Source of the DNA: Tagaea sp.
GTDB taxonomy: Bacteria; Pseudomonadota; Alphaproteobacteria; CACIAM-22H2
DNA length: 64,000 bases
Direction of reading: 5' to 3'
Assembly: GCA_965279525.1 (NCBI GenBank)
Contig: CBDIIB010000004.1
Span: 416,001 to 480,000 of the forward strand
Shown here in pieces: positions 61,125 through 64,000 of this stretch. The position numbers and the translations under genes were made by a program. The notes under the pieces are model-generated. The model saw only the letters and a list, made by a program, of their open reading frames with translations. It did not search any database and had not been told where the DNA came from. Numbering within the stretch: position 1 is the first letter of the stretch; each line of letters opens with the position of its first letter.

Positions 61125-63266
61125 TTGAACGGCGAGCCCAAACTGCAAGACCCGGTCCCAGCAGCCGACATGGCCGAAGGCCGCTATATCAACCGCGAGC
61201 TTTCGTGGCTGGCATTCAACGAGCGAGTCATCGAGGAATGCGGTAACACGGCTCACCCGCTGCTCGAACGGCTGCGATTCCTGTCGATTTCGGCCAGCAA
61301 CCTGGACGAATTCTACATGGTGCGCGTCGCCGGCCTGAAGGGCCAGGTCGAGGCCGGCGTCACCCAACCGTCGGACGACGGTCTCACGCCGGCCCAGCAG
61401 CTCGTCGCGGTCCACCGCCGGGCGGCCATGCTGATGGCGACCCAGCAGACGGTGTGGCTCGAACTGGTCGTTGAACTGCGCAAGGCCGGAGTCTCGGTCG
61501 TGGGGGCTTCCGAACTCACGGCCGACGACCGCGGCTGGCTTGCCCGGCGTTTCGCCGAGCAGATCTTCCCTGTCCTGACGCCGCTGGCGATCGATCCGGC
61601 GCACCCGTTCCCGTTCATCGCGAACAAGGGGCTGGCGCTGGTGATGCAGCTCGTTGCGCGCAAGGACAAGCGCATCCTCCAGGCGCTGATCCCGGTGCCA
61701 CATCAGGTGGACAGGTTCGTGCGCCTGCCCGGCGACACGATCCGCTTCGTGCCGGTCGAGGACGTCATCTTCATGCATCTCGACCGGCTGTTTCCCGGCT
61801 ACGAGCTGCGCAGTTCCGGCCGCTTCCGCCTGTTGCGCGACAGCGAACTTGAAGTCGACGAAGAAGCAGAAGACCTCGTGCGGGTGTTCGAGAGTGCGCT
61901 CAAGCGCCGCCGGCGCGGCGTGGTCATCCGGCTCGCGGTCGACGAAGGCATGCCCGAGGATCTCCAGCAGTTCGTCCTCGACGAGCTGCAGGTCAAGCGC
62001 GAGGACTGCTTCCGCCTCGGGGGCATGCTCGGCATGGCGGATCTCAAGCAGCTCATCGTTTCCGACAGGCCCGATCTTCAGTTCCCGCCGTACAATCCGC
62101 GCTTTCCCGAACGCATCCGCGATTTCGGCGGTGACTGCTTCGCCGCCATCCGACACAAGGACATCGTCGTCCACCACCCCTACGAAAGCTTCGACGTGGT
62201 CGTCCAGTTCCTGCGCCAGGCGGCGCGCGATCCGGCGGTCGTGGCGATCAAGCAGACGCTCTATCGCACGTCGGATAACTCGCCCATCGTCCGCGCGCTG
62301 GTCGAGGCGGCGGAATCGGGCAAGACCGTCACGGCGATGGTCGAGCTCAAGGCGCGCTTCGACGAGGAAGCGAACATCCGCTGGGCACGCGATCTCGAAC
62401 GGGCGGGGGCACAGGTCGTCTACGGCTTCATCGATCTGAAGACGCACGCGAAGATCTCGTACGTCGTGCGCCGCGAGGCCGGCGGCATGCGCGCCTATGC
62501 CCATTTCGGCACGGGCAACTACCACCCGATCACCGCGCGCATCTATACCGACTTCTCGTTCTTTTCGTGCGATCCGGCCCTGTGCAACGACGCGGCACGT
62601 CTGTTCAACTTCATGACCGGCTACGCCACGCCCGAGGCGATGGAGAAGCTCGCGTTTGCGCCGCTCACGCTGCGCAAGACGCTTGTCCGACTGATCGACG
62701 ACGAGATCGCACATGCAAAAGCCGGTCGCCCGGCCGCGATCTGGGCGAAGATGAACTCGGTCGTCTGCCCGAAGATCATCGAGAAACTGTACGAGGCGAG
62801 CGAGGCCGGCGTGCAGATCGACCTCATCGTTCGCGGCATCTGCTGTCTCAGGCCCGGCGTCAAGGGCATGTCGTCGAACATCCGCGTGCGCAGCCTCGTC
62901 GGCCGCTTCCTCGAACACGGTCGCGTGGCATGCTTCGGCAACGGCTTCGGTCTGCCCAACCCGCGCTCAAAGGTCTTCATCTCGTCGGCCGACTGGATGC
63001 CCCGCAATCTTGACGGCCGCGTCGAAAGCTTCGTGCCGATCGAGAACCCGACGGTCCACGAGCAGATCCAGGACCAGATCATGGTGGCGAATCTGCGTGA
63101 CGTGAAGCAGAGTTGGGCGCTCGATTCGGAAGGCGCCTACACGCGCCTGCCGGCGGGTCCGGACGCGTTCAGCGCCCACCATTTCTTCATGACGAACCCC
63201 AGCCTCTCCGGCCGGGGAAGCGCTTTGCGCAAGGCCGACAAGTCGAAGGTAAAGGTCGTCACCTGA
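61125..63266 (+). CDS. ppk1: Polyphosphate kinase 1
   Basis: [47 protein letters not shown]. Confidence 0.97.
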   Translation: MNGEPKLQDPVPAADMAEGRYINRELSWLAFNERVIEECGNTAHPLLERLRFLSISASNLDEFYMVRVAGLKGQVEAGVTQPSDDGLTPAQQLVAVHRRAAMLMATQQTVWLELVVELRKAGVSVVGASELTADDRGWLARRFAEQIFPVLTPLAIDPAHPFPFIANKGLALVMQLVARKDKRILQALIPVPHQVDRFVRLPGDTIRFVPVEDVIFMHLDRLFPGYELRSSGRFRLLRDSELEVDEEAEDLVRVFESALKRRRRGVVIRLAVDEGMPEDLQQFVLDELQVKREDCFRLGGMLGMADLKQLIVSDRPDLQFPPYNPRFPERIRDFGGDCFAAIRHKDIVVHHPYESFDVVVQFLRQAARDPAVVAIKQTLYRTSDNSPIVRALVEAAESGKTVTAMVELKARFDEEANIRWARDLERAGAQVVYGFIDLKTHAKISYVVRREAGGMRAYAHFGTGNYHPITARIYTDFSFFSCDPALCNDAARLFNFMTGYATPEAMEKLAFAPLTLRKTLVRLIDDEIAHAKAGRPAAIWAKMNSVVCPKIIEKLYEASEAGVQIDLIVRGICCLRPGVKGMSSNIRVRSLVGRFLEHGRVACFGNGFGLPNPRSKVFISSADWMPRNLDGRVESFVPIENPTVHEQIQDQIMVANLRDVKQSWALDSEGAYTRLPAGPDAFSAHHFFMTNPSLSGRGSALRKADKSKVKVVT

Positions 63267-63276
63267 TGCCGGTTCC

Positions 63277-64000
63277 ATGACTGCACGACGGTCGCGCAAG
63301 CCAGACAGTTTCGACCGCCGCCCGGTCGCCGTCGTCGACATCGGGTCCAACTCGATCCGCCTCGTCGTGTTCGACGGCACGAGCCGCGTGCCGCTGCCGC
63401 TGTTCAACGAGAAGGTCCTGTCCGGTCTCGGTCGCGGTCTGGAGCGGACCGGCGAACTCGACGCCGAGGGCATGGAATCGGCGCTCCAGAACCTCCGCCG
63501 CTTCGCCGAGCTCATCAAGGCGATGGGCGTTCGCAAGACCTTTGCACTCGCCACCGCTGCGGCGCGCGATGCCAGCAACGGGCCCGAGTTCGTCCGGCTC
63601 GTGCGCAATACGACCGGGCTGCCCGTCGTGGTGCTGTCGGGGCGCGAAGAGGCGCGGCTGTCCGCCCTTGGCGTGATCGCCGGCACGCCCGAAGCGACCG
63701 GAGCCATGGGCGATCTTGGCGGCGGAAGCCTGGAGCTTGTCGGCCTCTCCGACGGGCGGGCCGATCGTTACGCGACGCTGCCGCTGGGGCCGCTCCGGCT
63801 GCGCGAAGTGGCCGAGCGCAACCGCGGCCAGCTGATCGCGATGATCGACGACCATCTGCACGAGTTGGGATTCCTGCGCGCCGCGCGCGGGCAGGATTTC
63901 TACGCGGTCGGCGGGGCATGGCGCGCACTCGCCAAGCTCCACATGTCGCACAACAACTACGCGCTCGAAGTCATCCACCATTACGCCATCCGGCGCGACG
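63277..64000 (+). CDS. ppx: Exopolyphosphatase Ppx/GppA (runs off the window end)
   Basis: Manual translation MTARRSRKPDSFDRRPVAVVDIGSNSIRL..., ATAAARDASNG, DLGGGSLE. Confidence 0.92.
   Translation, partial: MTARRSRKPDSFDRRPVAVVDIGSNSIRLVVFDGTSRVPLPLFNEKVLSGLGRGLERTGELDAEGMESALQNLRRFAELIKAMGVRKTFALATAAARDASNGPEFVRLVRNTTGLPVVVLSGREEARLSALGVIAGTPEATGAMGDLGGGSLELVGLSDGRADRYATLPLGPLRLREVAERNRGQLIAMIDDHLHELGFLRAARGQDFYAVGGAWRALAKLHMSHNNYALEVIHHYAIRRD

Overview
High-GC, very compact chromosomal window from an alphaproteobacterium, probably Rhodospirillales-like (inferred from recG-sdhE-mfd, mltB-rlpA-dac-tmk-holB, uvrA/ssb, gyrA-coaD-tRNA-Lys, alpha-type CheZ and flagellin). It holds about 62 CDS and two tRNAs (Lys-UUU, Ser-UGA); no CRISPR array, integrase or transposase is visible. 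The most notable accessory content is: (1) a complete levulinate/4-hydroxyacid (lva-like) catabolic operon with LvaA and LvaB fused into one ORF and a tandem-NIPSNAP gene inserted; (2) a photoactive yellow protein homolog coupled to a PAS-PAS-GGDEF cyclase, followed by a degenerate EAL protein and preceded by a CtrA-like box, with no chromophore-synthesis genes nearby; (3) a His-rich DMT transporter bracketed by REP/REPIN palindromes; (4) two lower-GC single-gene islets at tRNA 3' ends; (5) a kinase / KdsB-variant / histidine-phosphatase operon; (6) shared putative flagellar regulatory motifs upstream of an orphan flagellin and an unknown gene. Family assignments come from recalled motifs and sequences, not database searches.
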